The translations under genes were made by a program, and so were the position numbers. A stretch of 64,000 nt of DNA from Tubiluchus corallicola (Eukaryota > Animalia > Priapulida): the NCBI GenBank assembly GCA_030141605.1, contig JAQGDQ010000063.1, forward strand, positions 186,001-250,000, written 5' to 3'. The first letter of the stretch is position 1. Each line of letters starts with the position of its first letter. The notes beneath the pieces are model-generated. The model searched no databases, was not told the DNA's origin, and was given only the letters and a program-made list of their open reading frames with translations. Positions 1 to 13,328 of this stretch are shown here, one piece after another.

Positions 1-305
1 ACTTAGCGATAAAAAGAAGCAGCCGACTTTGAAGGAACTTTCGTAATTTTTGCAAATAAACAGACTTGTGTGATTTAGAAAAGTATACTTTTTAATTTAT
101 CGCTAATTCATTTATATAAATTAATATTTTATTTTTAATTGCACAAAGGAATTTAGGCATTACTTCGTTTCTAAAATTCATTAAAAAGCTTTGTAGTGCA
201 TACTAAGCTGGTGACTTATACTTCTATATTAGTAATACTACACTCATCGGTTAATTGGGTAAAACACTTCGGCCCCAAAGTGAGTCTATTAAGCGGCGCC
301 TACTG
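1..305. mobile_element. Right end of a Tc1/mariner(pogo)-type MITE, truncated by window start
   Basis: Ends TTAAGCGGCGCCTACTG|TA, resembling the TIR of the element at 9050-9476. Confidence 0.4.
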
Positions 306-639
306 TATAAGCCTAAATTCAATCCATGAGCTTCGGCAAAGAAACATGAAATTACTGTGTGGCAGAAGACATCCCGCAAGTGCGAATATCTCACATAGCG
401 TTAAGCCTTTGCTGCTTTACCTTTCATATAAATTCAAGAAGAATAGCCTCCTACGGTGCCACTCACAATTTCATACTAGGCAATGGTAATTATCTTAATT
501 CTCCACGATTATTGTATAACAGGTAATAAAATAAAGCAATCTGCAATTTCTTTGAATCCAGTTACCAGTGTATGCAATGCTAAAAAGGGATATGAATACT
601 TGGTGTTTACTCACGACTAACGTAGTTCACTTAAGTGTA

Positions 640-1330
640 AGTTTATTTATTTGCACTTTGTAATAACACAAATTTATTTACAACAAAAGACCAGTTGATA
701 TTAATGCAACATTTTGAAAATTGTGATTTCGAAACACTAGGACATAAAAACCATATTAGTACAACCCACTCATCAAAATTAGACTATGAAGTGCTTTTTT
801 TGAATAGTATCAGAGATGAAGCACTCACTGCTTCCAAGGGTAACGAATTCCAAATAGAAATGGTCCTGATAAAGAAGAAATTATGCCTCACATTTGAATT
901 ACATCACGGTAAAGAAGAATTTGTGGGGATGGCCTCTTGTACAGTTAAAGTTTCCAGTAGAACTTGCAAAATCACAAAAAATACCGGTTAAGTTAAGATC
1001 GGTGCATACTATTTTGAAAACTTGTGAGCTAAATTACGCTTCCACACTAAATATTAACAACATGACAGATGTACTCTGTTGATTCACATTTGGTAATACA
1101 TGCAAGGTGTAACATATAATATTTTAAATTTACTAGAAGGGTGCAGTAGCATAGAACAACATCATAATATTGGAGAGTCCATAGAGGATCTGTCATATGC
1201 CCTCCATATTCAGCCATCATAATACTTCCATTACTACATCTGTTTCAGACATTGCATGGGCTGGCAAAATTCTAATAATATAAGAAAGCTGTCCTAAGGT
1301 TGGTTAAACACTACAGTTAATTTGATAAAA
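640..1330 (-). mobile_element. Decayed CR1-like LINE 3' end
   Basis: Minus strand encodes NVRHNFFFIRTISIWNSLPLEAVSASSLILFKK, followed by an AATAAATAAA tail near 641-651. Confidence 0.6.
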
Positions 1331-4300
1331 ACTGTCAGCACCACTTCTAGTTAAGTGTTAATAGAAGCTTAGTCCATCTTGCACAACCTGCAATGGTAAT
1401 TGGATAATTGAAGTATGATTGGAGACTCAAAGAGGTCAGTGTCCAAACATACTTCAGTTCAAGATTCTCAAAAGTAAACACATCTTGCAGATGTCTGACA
1501 AGTTTATCCTTTGAATGCCAATCAATGCATCATATGTGCTTGGACCATTGTTGCTCCACTTGGTCCTTTAGGCTATACCAGCTAAAACTGAGGTTGTGGT
1601 CCAGCAAATTTCCAGGCCATTCAGCGCGATCTGCTCTGATAATTGTAATAGTCCTGACTCTTGAAGCTCGCAGCCCATGTGAGATGCATTACACTGCTGC
1701 AATAAATTGTGGACGTGACACATCATCTACTGATTCAGCAATACTGAGATGCCACATGTTCTGTATTGTTACTAGTCTTGTTGTTTAATGTTAACCAACG
1801 GTTGTTATTATGAATTGCACATTGTTTACTGATGTAATAAGTTCTTCTATGTTGATCCTCATTTTTGTACAGTCAACGGTTACCACTCTATGTATTTCAT
1901 TTGCGTAATTCTTTTGATGTAAGAAAAAATATCAGTTCCGTGAGTGATATTGGATTTTCAGCTAGTAACAAAGTATTCATAAATAAAAGTTGTACTACAC
2001 ATAATCGAACTATTTTGTATCACGCACGACAGTACGAAAACAGTGTAGCTATAAGTACGTGTGGAATAAGTATGGAAAAATTATAACGAGAAAAACAAAT
2101 GATTTGGATGTAGTTACCATAAATTCTAAAATCTGAGTTATGTGTAGAAGCAAAATCAATCTTCTAGCTTTCGAAATTAGTTTAGAAAATGTTTTAGCAT
2201 CCTATATACTTAGTGATGGGTACTCAGTATCCATGTTCTTTTTGTCTAAACAACTGTAAGTCTAATAAAACTGCATTTATTGTGACCTATGTCACAACTG
2301 GTGCCATTTAAGGTGCACCTGTATTTTGCAAGAAGAATATCAGAAACTTGTTCTGAAGAACCTTATTAGTGCATGATGTGTGTAACTAATATTTTACCTT
2401 TCCAACAATTAATTAGAGAGTGATGAAATTATTAATCAAGAAACATCAGTTTCAAATTGTGATCTGATGTTGATGTCGAAGTTATTAGACTTTGCTGCAT
2501 TTAATCTGAATGAGCATGACGAGCATGACCCAGATTTATAATTATCTCAAGTAAACAGTAAATACATAAAGCTAGAAACATTATCGAATAGTCCTAAGCT
2601 AAATTGGGAGTCCAGTGACTTCAGTTTCCTTCACACAGCTTAAATAAAAGATTTACTGAATTATTAGAAGTTTTGGACCACCTACAACAATCACCCGATG
2701 TTATCGCGATCACTGAAGCAAGAAGAAAGTAAAACTCATTATTTAGCTGTCACAGTACAAACTGTAAATTCATCCACTGTGATTCAACTACAAGTACTAG
2801 TGGCGTTGGTATATATATATATACATAAAAAGTAATTTAGAATATACGACAAGAAACGATTTAAAATAAAGTGCAGCAAATTATATAACAATCTTCCTAG
2901 CACCACCAGTAACATACAAGTTAAAGACCTGTGGATTGAAGTAAAAACAAACAACAATCCTAAAAACAAATATTCTCAGTCATTTACAGGCAACCAAATC
3001 ACTGCATTAACCATTTCCATGATGAGTTAGAAAATACACTAATGAAGATCAACACAACTGGGAAAAAGGCTTTTATTTTGGAGATATAAATGTGAATCTG
3101 CTTCAACATCAGACTAACACCCAAATTGATTTCTACCTTAACAAGCTGTTTCAATTGCACCATTAGCTACCAGACCTACTCGTATAACTCCATATACAAG
3201 AACTCTAATAGACCACATATATACAAATGATCTCACTGGTAGTAAAAAACGGGAATTATCAACTACCAAGTTGCAGACCATTTGCTAATATTTGCTATCA
3301 TAAACTCAATTAATCCACACAAAATTAAAACTCCAATTATGAAACGTTGCACTAAGAATTTTAGTAAAGAAAATTTTACAAAATTGTCACAGCAAACATT
3401 ACTGCAAAAATAGATACTAATACCAAAAATATTAGCATATTATTTAATGAGGTTAATGATACTTTTAAAGAAGTACTAGATAAACATGCCCCATTAAAAA
3501 AATATCGTGAAAGGAAGCTATTCATTTTTGTAATCCCTGGATAACATGAGGTATACTAAAATCAATATAAACGGATGTCGCATGTATAAGACACACAAGA
3601 CAACAATTTCTCTAATAAAAAACACAGAATACAAGCTATTTTCAAATACACTTAATCACATTAAGGGAAAAGCTAAGAAAGACTACTACACTAAAATGTT
3701 CTAGTTAAAATAAAGCAAAATAGCTGCATAATAACTGATATTACAGAAATAGTCAATATTTTTGATAACTTTTTCGATAAAGTTGGTACGAACTTGACTC
3801 AAAGAATACCAAAAACTGATGCAAAACCATCAGATTATTTACAAAATCCCAATAACAAAACCATATTTTTTGACCCAGTTACAGAACAAGAAATCTGTAC
3901 CTCAACTTCAAAACTACATGCTAACAAATCCCCTGGATATGGTGATATTTCAGTGCATTACTACAAAATGTCATCCCATATAATTACACCCCTCCTCACT
4001 AAATTATTTAACATGTCTCTATCACAGGGTACACTTCTAGATGTACAGAAAATCACAAAGCTAATTTCAATGACCAAATCAGATGCACATGATGATCCAT
4101 CCAACTACCAATCCATATCAATTCTGTCACCTGTAGCTAAGCTTCTTGAAAACGTTATACACACGAGACTTAACAACTTCATCATTAAAATTATGTTCTG
4201 CCTGAATTTCAGTTTGGATTTAGAAAAAATTTCTCAACTACTCTAGCAACAACCAAAATAATAACAACATTCTTGACTAACAAGGACAACAAGTTGTACA

Positions 4301-4415
4301 CCTGTGGGATATTTCTAGATTTATCAAAAGCATTTGACACTGTGCAGCATAACCATACTAATAAAACTTGAGCACTATGGTAAACGAGGCACTGTGAGAA
4401 ACGTATTATCATCTT

Positions 4416-4829
4416 TGTTGCAGGTGCAAATGTTTTGGTCCATTACCTCTTCTCAAGGTAGAATATGCATTAGAAGCCATAATATATTAGACTGTAGCTC
4501 AACCTCCATAGACTACTTTTTCTACTCTGACATTGTATAGGAGGAACTTGTCATGTACACACGTCTTTGTTGCATTTGAAATTTGGCTTTTAATTATACT
4601 GTTACCTTTTACTGACATTCTGGCTTTTTCTCGGCTCAATATTGGACCAACAATGTATGTATGCATTTTAGCTTTTAGTGTAAAGTAGTAATCTGTAGCA
4701 CTTATTTTCTTGCACTCGTTTCAGTAGATTTGTAGATGTAGTAATTGTAGACTATAGGAAATTTGTATTTTTGCAGAATAAACTACATAGATATGGGAAC
4801 GCAACTTGGATTTGAGCGTATACATTACA
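4416..4829 (+). mobile_element. Solo LTR (414 bp)
   Basis: Starts TGTTG and ends TTACA. A 5-bp TSD ATCTT lies at 4411-4415 and 4830-4834, with internal AATAAA near 4777. The host LINE RT frame (VLS-SYLTNR) rejoins when it is removed. Confidence 0.8.
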
Positions 4830-5132
4830 ATCTTACTTAACAAACAGGCACCATTACACTACATTTTATAATGTGAGCTCAAGTTTCAAAACAATCATTT
4901 GCAGCATACCTCAAGGGTCTACCCTAGGCCCACTCCTATTCCTGCTGTACATTAATGACTTACCACTTTGCTCAGATTTTAACATGAGACTGTTTGCTGA
5001 ACCTATTCCTAACTGATACTGATCTTAATGCTCTAGAAACTAACACCAATAACCAACTTAAAGGAATTGACATCTGGATGAAAGCAAACTAATTGTCTGT
5101 TAATTATGAAAAACACAATTTATGGTTATTGG

Positions 5133-5592
5133 CAGCGGCGGATTATGATTTTATGGGCCTTAGGCTTGAGCTTGGAACGGGCCTTTTAAATGTTGCTACA
5201 CTGCTGAGCTGGCGTCTTTTTGTGGAGCTCTCGTCGTTTGTAAGTTTGTTTAATTTTGTGAGTTTTTGCCCACCGATTGTGATAAAAATTATATCTTCTT
5301 GATCCTTGAGTTGTGGACTAGGACTATATAAACACGATTACAGCTTGGTGAGTTTCTGGGTTAGATGTCAACTAAAATAAGCCAATCAGAAACTCTGAAA
5401 GTAACTTTAGTTTCTTACTAATTTCTTATACTTATTAGTAAGTATTCTTATATTATTCTTATTAGTACTTATTCTTATATTTTTTTTTTCAGAAATATGG
5501 CGAATTTTTTTTTCCGTTTTATTTTGCCGGGCCCTTTTTGATCTCGGGCCTTAGGCTTCAGCCTATTCAGCCTATAGGGCTATCCGCTACAG
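5133..5592. mobile_element. hAT-type MITE
   Basis: 8-bp TSD GTTATTGG (5125-5132, 5593-5600), imperfect TIR CAGCGGCGGAT/ATCCGCTACAG, subterminal GGGCC repeats. A related end fragment lies at ~40735-40800. Confidence 0.8.
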
Positions 5593-5785
5593 GTTATTGG
5601 GCCAAATAAGCATAGACCGTCATTTAATATTAAAATGGGTAACAACGTGATGCAAGAAACCTATAGTATTAGATATCTTGGGCTGAATATAGATGCCAAA
5701 CAAACATTGAAAATACATGTATCAACTATTAATAGTAAAATATCGAAATACGTTGGAATTTTCTATAAGCTAAGACATTACTTAA

Positions 5786-6307
5786 GGGAAAACCAGATGA
5801 TTGTGTAAACATTAGTTCAGAATAAAGAATGCTCTAAAATATTGAAAACTACAATAGCTTTTTTTAAATCAAAGCTTTGGTTAAATAATAATTACCACTG
5901 ATACTCAAATTTCGTTAAACTTTCAAAGCTACGTACAGCTCAGTGAATCTACTAAGATTGGCCATGGCACCTTTTTGTCACATTCGCGTGGCCGTAAAAT
6001 AGAAGGCGGTACCGTGATAAGCATGATCATGAACTGGAGTGTTAGTTTCTGACGTCATATGATATAAAGCCCATTTTCCATGACATCATGCATTTAAACA
6101 GTACTGTAACACATATGCAAATGTGCTTTGTTCTGCAAGTGAGGACGCCTGCCATTGCATAAACTGTGGGGATAGTTTTGACATCAGTAATACTAATAGC
6201 TGTGTTCGGTTGCAGCTAATTAACTTTCTAAGCTAATTATTCAAATATAAGAACAATATTTTGGACAGTACATTAAAATGAAATTGATTCTAAACAATCG
6301 TCTTCCT
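5786..6307. mobile_element. Non-autonomous DNA transposon with TTAA TSD and RG termini (Kolobok-like)
   Basis: TTAA at 5782-5785 and 6308-6311; imperfect TIR GGGAAAACCAGATGATTGT versus AGGAAGACGATTGT. The host LINE frame HYL-STK*MITTYYALIYP rejoins when it is removed. Confidence 0.65.
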
Positions 6308-7088
6308 TTAAGTACCAAATGAATGATAACAACTTATTACGCTCTAATTTATCCCTGTCTCAATTACTGTATTACCTCATGGGGTACCGCAAGCTCTTCC
6401 ACCATTAAACCACTAATCACTTCAGTTAATAAAATAGTCAAAGCGATTTGTTTTGCAAACTATAGAGACCATGCTACGCCATCACATGCCAGTCTACAAT
6501 TGTTGAAATTGTGTAAAATATGTAAATTTGAGCTCCTAAAATTAATGTATAAATACAACAATAACTTATTACCTAACATATTCAAAAACTATTTTACTAG
6601 AATTGATAAACATCATACCTACTAAACAAGAGCTTCGGTGAGAGCAGGTTTATTTCAAGAGAGATTCATATCTTCCCAAGGGCTACAAACAATCAAATAT
6701 AATGGAACAAAACTCTGGAACTCACTACCTGTCAAGACGAAGAACTCACATTGAACAACTTTTAATTAAAAACATTGAGGATTATTGTCTCAAAGTAAGA
6801 CTCCAGATTAATAGACTCTAAGACTTGTTTCAATGATAGCAGTAGAAGTAGCATCGAAAAATTACTTATGCTGCACATAATAAAAAGAAGTTTGTAAAAA
6901 TAATAAAAAAAGATGAAATTAATCATTATTAGCACCTAATTTTTATGCCTGGTTTAACTCTTGCTGCGTGAAGTTTGTATTTACGATCTAAATTATGTTG
7001 CTCCTACTCTCAGTGCAGACCGTCAACTCTGTTAGCTTTGATTTAACTTTGTATAGATATATCCGTGTGCATGGATTCATATATATAT

Positions 7089-7090
<2 letters not shown>

Positions 7091-7162
<72 letters not shown>

Positions 7163-7439
7163 ATATATATGGATATATGTATGGGTTGCATGTTTGCATA
7201 TATGTGTATGTGTATGGTTGCATGTATGTATGTCAGTATATGTATATGTGTATGCGAGTAGACGTGCATGTATAAGAATGTATGTGTACGTATGTAGAAG
7301 TTAATTATGACACATGATTTATATATACATATAAATATATATATAAGTATGTTGTGATATGTGTGTATGTATATATTATGTATTATGTATGTACATCATG
7401 TATATGTGTACAATATATGTATAAATGTACATACATATG

Positions 7440-7474
<35 letters not shown>
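7091..7474. repeat. (GT)n microsatellite, degenerate TATG array and (AT)n tract
   Basis: Pure GT 7091-7160 and AT tract 7442-7474, seen directly. Confidence 0.95.
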
Positions 7475-7478
<4 letters not shown>

Positions 7479-9049
7479 CCATATATATTGCCTACAGTTA
7501 TGAATGCTGATTGAAATAACTTCTCCCTATATAATTATTTTGCCGATTTTTACATTTTTTGACTGTCAATATTGATATTGTTATCTTAATTTAAAGATTT
7601 TTATCGTCTTTATCATTTTTGCATCATTCACCTTCCTTATTATGTACCATTGTTGTTTTGTTATTTTACATTTATATTGTTGTTGACAAATTGTAAGGAT
7701 TCTAATTAAAAAAATAATTTGCTGAAAAATAATACTAACGCCGCTAACTTACACTTTTATCACATAATATTGTGAGTGAGAGTGGATGCTCGGTTGCCGT
7801 AGCATCTTTCTCCACCCCGTCTTTCTCATTAACTACTACTTTGTCACTAACATTTTGTTGTACAGTGTTTTTTCTATGAGACAAATAAGTTCAATTCATT
7901 CCCTATAAACGTGTTTGGTTGGTAGATTCATTTACTATAAACGTGTTTGGTTGGTAGATTAGCTTGACTTTGGCGTTAGTAAAGTGTAATACAATGTAGC
8001 TATGATTCTAGTAACTGAAGGTTTCCCTCATTATTTGCCATGCTGAAACGAAAAGGCAAACAAAGTTTGGTAAGTATTTGGTTCTCTCTAATTTGATTGA
8101 CTTGATGAACTTAATTTTGGACGCAGTGGAGGTAATTTTGAGCGTCCGTTCACTAAATTGATGAACGTCCGTTTACTATTTCGGTGGACTTGTTGGACGT
8201 GGGACAAAAATTGCTGACGTTATATAAATAATATTTGTCGGGTGCGGAGTTATCTTTGCTTATAATTATATGAATAATAATTGAAAATGTCAATACTTTT
8301 TACAGCTGACAAAATAAAAGAATCTTATTCTGAGCTAATCGAACGAGCAAAAATATTTTTTTATAAAATTTGGCTTCGAGGTTAATCTTTTTGAAATGAT
8401 ATAAACCCACTTTTTAGGCGATTCATTTGGTTAAGGTATATCATTTTGTTATTTTGTCTCGCTTCACAGACAGGTGATCTGTTTCACTACGTGAACAAAG
8501 ATCAAACTGCACAGATTTAAGCAGGATGAACTATTTTATTGAAAACAGTAAAGAAGTTTCATAGCAACAGACCCATCAGCTTAAGGTGGTAATGTTACAG
8601 CTGGCTTACAACAGGGATGCCCAGGTTGGGAGGAGGCTAACAGTTAAATGGTAATGCCTATGTCACAAGTGGGATGTAACCAAAGTGACACTCTGGGGCA
8701 TTGGCACAATTGAAGCCATAATGCTCTTACATGTTTTTGATCTTACAAACTGAAACTTTTTATTAACGTCAGTTTGCTCGCTGATTTGGTGAAGAGGATT
8801 GTGCATATCCATGGTATGACGCCAAACTGATGGCAACTCAGCCAACAAGCACAATTTTAATAAAATGAAGAAACTTTCACAGAAAAATTTGACAAAATTC
8901 TCGATGTAAAGTTAAAAGAGTAAGGGAAATCGCCAGTGCCATTTGGGCTGCCCATGTATGACACTGTTTTCTGCAAATTTAGCACATGCGTTTTAGCTCA
9001 AATGCCCTACTTCGGCTAGTGGCGTATTCCGTGCCCTACAATATTACTA

Positions 9050-9476
9050 CAGTGGCCGCCGCTTATTGTGGACACCTCGGGCCAGCAGTGTATGTCCATA
9101 TTAAGCGGCTGTCCATATTAAGCGAAGTGACCCATGAAGACCCTTCCCCTTCATTAAAAAAGGCAAAAAACTGTCTGTATCAACTCGTCTCCTGTTTTAT
9201 TGAAAAAAAAGAAGTCAGACGAGTTTGTTTGGCAGGAAACTTTTCTCTCAACCTTGAACGGAAGGAAGTTATCACAGTTTCGAAGCTCTCAATGTTGAGA
9301 CCGTTCTGCCTGTGGCCTCGCTGGTTCACGTGCCAAGAATGTTCGCTGTCCATATTAAGCGGCGGTTGTCCATATTAACCGGCGGATTTTATTAGGGGAA
9401 AATTCTGTGCCTCGCGAGTTGTCCACAATAACCGGCTGTCCACAATAACCGTGTCCATAATAAGCGGCGGCCACTG
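9050..9476. mobile_element. Tc1/mariner (pogo/Tigger-like) MITE
   Basis: TA TSD; TIR CAGTGGCCGCCGCTTATT / AATAAGCGGCGGCCACTG; internal GTCCATATTAAGCG repeats. Confidence 0.88.
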
Positions 9477-9499
9477 TACATATTACTGTACATTTAACA

Positions 9500-10100
9500 C
9501 TGTGACATTACTGCGTACAACAAGCTTCAGTTTACAAATCATATTCATGATATATCCCAGAAGTCACACAGCAGATTAATGTTAATAAAGCGCAGCTTCA
9601 GATACTTGGACACTATTATGTTAATCAACCTCTACAAATCAATGGTAAGGCCTATCTTAGACTATGCTAACATAATATGGAATCCATCTAGATATGACAT
9701 GATTCATGAGCTCGAAAGTATTCAGCGTCGAGCAACTAAAATGATACCAGGTATAGCAGAAAGATCATATCCTGATAGAGTAGGGCACTTAGGACTTACA
9801 ACACTTAAATACAGAATACACAGGCAAGATATGATCCAGACATTCAAAATCCTCTAGGGTATTGACCGGATAGACAGTAATAAAATATTAGAACTCCAGA
9901 TACATCATAGGACAAGAGGACAGTCACTTAAAATCAATAAGAAATCTGTTTCAAAATGGGGAAGAAGATAAAATTTCTTTGCAGCTCGTGTTGAAAATGC
10001 CTGGAACAAACTTCTTGAATATGTAGTGGGTGCTTCTTCAGTTTCTCGATTTAAAGTTTGATTAGATCGACTCTGGGCTAATCATCTGGAGAAATACATT
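9500..10100 (+). mobile_element. 5'-truncated CR1-like LINE 3' fragment
   Basis: LYKSMVRPILDYANIIWNP, ESIQRRATKMIPG, DMIQTFKIL, NAWNKL. Confidence 0.85.
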
Positions 10101-10559
10101 GATACTAGACTTCCGCAATGGCAACAAAACGCTTGGATTTTTGAGGGAACCTGACACTTTTCATCATGCAAAGTCGAACACACTGATACTATCTTCCTGA
10201 TCGCATCGTTAGCGCCACCACCTACTAGAAAATTCGAAATAAATAAAGCATCCAGAGAAGATCGGAAGGGTAAAAATCGGTCGCTTAAGCTTAACTCCTA
10301 TCCATGCTGTAAGTTTTAAGCTTTGAAGTAAACACTGATCTCTACAGAGTGTCTGAAAACATATATAGTAATGAAAACATACAATTATCTGACAATAAAT
10401 ACTATATTACAATTATTATTACAATGTAAAAATGAACAGTAGTTTTTAAAAAGTGGTATCGTGAAGTGATCTCTTGACAATTGAGATTTGCTGTAGTCCA
10501 GGATAAGAGGTCAATAAAGTGAAATATTAATATTGAACGTGATTCATAATTTCTTCAAG

Positions 10560-10800
10560 CTTTTCAGATGGAGAATTGTTCCCATAGCGCTTGTTGCATT
10601 ACCTCTTTGCAAGGCAACAGATAAACGCTGAAATAAAAAGCTTGTATACCTAACCTTTCCCCCCTTGGCACATTGAATTTGTTTGCCTAAAGTACTATAA
10701 TTTTTTTTCGTTTTGTGTCAAGAGTGCCAAAAGTTTCAATAGCTGTACAAAATTGAAAGTTGGCAAAAAACTGTTGTATTTTGTATAGTTTATGTTTACC
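10560..10800 (-). mobile_element. Fragment of a CRE-like (restriction-like endonuclease) non-LTR retrotransposon C-terminus
   Basis: Minus strand reads AIETFG ... FLFQRLSVALQRGNATSAMGT, the typical C-terminal RLE motif. Confidence 0.7.
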
Positions 10801-11635
10801 AAACAAAGAGAAAAGTTTTCAAAAAATTATTAAATCGTAGGATCTGCAAATCTTAAGGAAACTGCTGGAAGGGTACCAATGGCGATGAATATGAGAAAAA
10901 TAAGAGGTTTGGAGATAATATTATGAAAAGAAAAATAAAGGAAAATAGGAGAATAGTGCTGTTTAAAAAGTTACTTGTGCCTCACTAATAGACAGAATCT
11001 TAGTGCCTATCTGGGTCAGATATCGTGGACACCGTAAAAAAATGAAACAATGTGGCAATGTTGTAGTACTACGTGGGACGTTCCCGTTTGCTTGAGTTTG
11101 CCATGTACTTCATGTGTACCACATTGTCATGTGCCACATCACTGTGTACTGCCTTGGGATGTACAGCCTCATGGTACATGGAGCTGGAGTACATGGCAAA
11201 GTGCTACATCACACCAAAGAACATAGGAACACAATACAGAGTGAGGGATGCAAGGTGAGGCCTGAACCATTAAGTTGAGATTTGGCTAGTATTGGAACAA
11301 TGAGGCGGTGCACGGGTGGTTGAGTAAGCATGAATGTACCATGTAGTATTTTCTTTCGTCCATGCAACTTGAAGATTGTCCATTATCCTGTAATGCAGCA
11401 CATTTGAAACTGAGTGGTTTTATAAAGTGCTGCAGCAGTTGCATTATGAATTTTATGAAACTGGTAAATTTCATGTGCTTGTATTAATACAATAATATAA
11501 TTAATGCTATTGCAATAATTGTATATTTGTGTATTTTATTCTTTTTTCAGTATCTCACTGATCACACTGAGGTAATAGAATTGAATTGACAAGTGAAAAT
11601 TACTCGAAATACATGTTTGTTACGTGTGCTGTTAT

Positions 11636-12180
11636 TTTTAAATTTTGGTTAATTAGTTGCTAGCTTTGCATGTTAGCTCACACAAAAACTGTTTTTTGAG
11701 CATAAAGACTGTGCTGCAGTAGAGGAGCTCTGCCCACACTATCCAGCATACATTTAAATGATTCCTATCTAAGAAATATCAATTATTTAATAATTTTCCT
11801 TGTCTTTTTACCATTCAAGTGGTGCAGTATAAACCATACAAACTTCTACTTTTAAAATCGAACTACAAATATGTGGATGCAACTGTAAATAATCAAGGGC
11901 AGGAATAACTCGATTATTGGGTTAACTTGTGGTTGCAGTAGCCTGATTTTTCCTTCGCTACTTGTCATACAAATAGCAGCAACTGCGGCGAGCTGCTTGT
12001 AACTTTGTGACATTTTCTACATTTTGGTTTTCTATCTTGGCATTTTTAAATTTTGATCAATTAGTTGTTAGCTTTGCATGTCAGCTCACATAAAAATAGT
12101 TTTTGAGCATAATGTAGGTCCAGCATAATGCTGCAACTCCACCTATACTACTACCCAGCGGACATTTAAACGATTCCTAC
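11636..12180 (+). repeat. Diverged ~135-bp direct repeat pair (11636-11770 and 12044-12180)
   Basis: Shared TTTTAAATTTTG..AATTAGTTG.TAGCTTTGCATG..AGCTCACA..TTTTGAGCATAA..CATTTAAA.GATTCCTA. Confidence 0.75.
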
Positions 12181-12199
12181 CCATTTTCATGTGAAGCTC

Positions 12200-12500
12200 T
12201 TGCATTGCTCTAAACTTCACAATGTCCAAGATTTGCACCATCTGTGAAAGTAGATTATTCCACTGGATGACTGAACGAATGGCTGATGCAAATGAATATT
12301 TGAAACAATCTTTGTTGAAGTGATGGTATCGAAATTTCTACTGACACAAATTATGGCCTTCCCTGCTAGCTCTGGTAATAATGTGTCACTATTAATATCT
12401 GCACGAATGTGATTCAGTGAATCATGCACGAATATTGTTTCAAATGCTAAGCTTGGACACTCCATACTCTAACATATGTGGTTCTTACTTGTGCTTTCTT
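12200..12500 (-). mobile_element. Decayed CR1-like LINE 3' end
   Basis: Minus strand FNKDCFKYSF..VIQWNNLLSQMV. Confidence 0.5.
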
Positions 12501-13328
12501 AAGTTGATTTAATCAGTTCTTGAGAATTGTGTCTGTGCTTGCTCAAGGTCCTTTCGTAATTTTCTGCAACCAATGCGCCGGCATCGTCATACCTTACTGA
12601 TTTCCGATCTAGGTTTACTGGTTGTGAGCGCTGTTTTAGCAATCTAGGGTTTTTGTTCAGCTCCACTCTCACACTTCCGCACCCACATTTTTTCGATGTT
12701 TTGTTGCAGCTTTAATATATTGACTTACCTGTTTTAATTTTTCCCTCCATTATTTCAACTTTCTCTTGTCATCACGAGTATAGATTACTTTTGAAAATAA
12801 GGACGATCCATTCGCCAGTGTCAAAGGTACCTGGGTCCTCCCTCAAAAAGTTTTCAAAATCATACAGCGGGGGGCCATCAAGATGGACATTCACATGCAA
12901 AAAGAAAGAGTTCCAAATGTGATAACATGAGGCTAACTGAATTAGTTTAAACTAGAGTGTTGCTTCTTGAACTTTGCTGACTTTATTTTTACATCATTGT
13001 CTATTCGATTTTATCCCCATTTACTGACTCGTGTTATTCTTCCTATTAGATTGTATGGGCTGTTCAGTAAAATTCCAACTACTCTTGGAGTCTGAACCAT
13101 GTATAGTTAGGACACAAGAATATTATGACTAATTAAATGCACTTGAATCTGCAATATTAATATTCTATATTGTATGGAAGAAATTATCAAAGTGAAATAT
13201 TTTTAATGTAATATAATAAGCTACGAGGTGAAACAGTTATCATTTGTTTTCTTTTGAGTGTTGTTGTCATTATGTTAGAAGCTAACTGTTATTATGCTTT
13301 TCTTGTAGGTGCTGGTATATGAACATGC

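Larger units (their letters stand above)
1880..7900 (+). mobile_element. Decayed near-full-length CR1/L2-group LINE (ORF1 C-terminus, PHD finger, APE, RT, 3'UTR) with three nested insertions
   Basis: ORF1-like KVFIN..YKYVWNKYGKIITRK (~1970-2100); PHD-like CDLCHNWCHLRCT (~2281-2320); APE motifs (PDVIAITE, PTRIT..TLIDHIYTN); RT motifs (FLDLSKAFDTV, PQGSTLGPLLFLLYINDL); C-terminal TKLWNSLP. Many stops and frameshifts. The 3' tail ends near 7900. Confidence 0.85.

Noticed and set aside
6988-7304. CVCV/HTHT ORFs; likewise poly-L/V/A/T ORFs at 38441-38838, C/G/V/W ORFs at 31606-32358 and S/F/L ORFs at 63445-63902
   Set aside because: These are translations of microsatellites or low-complexity repeats.
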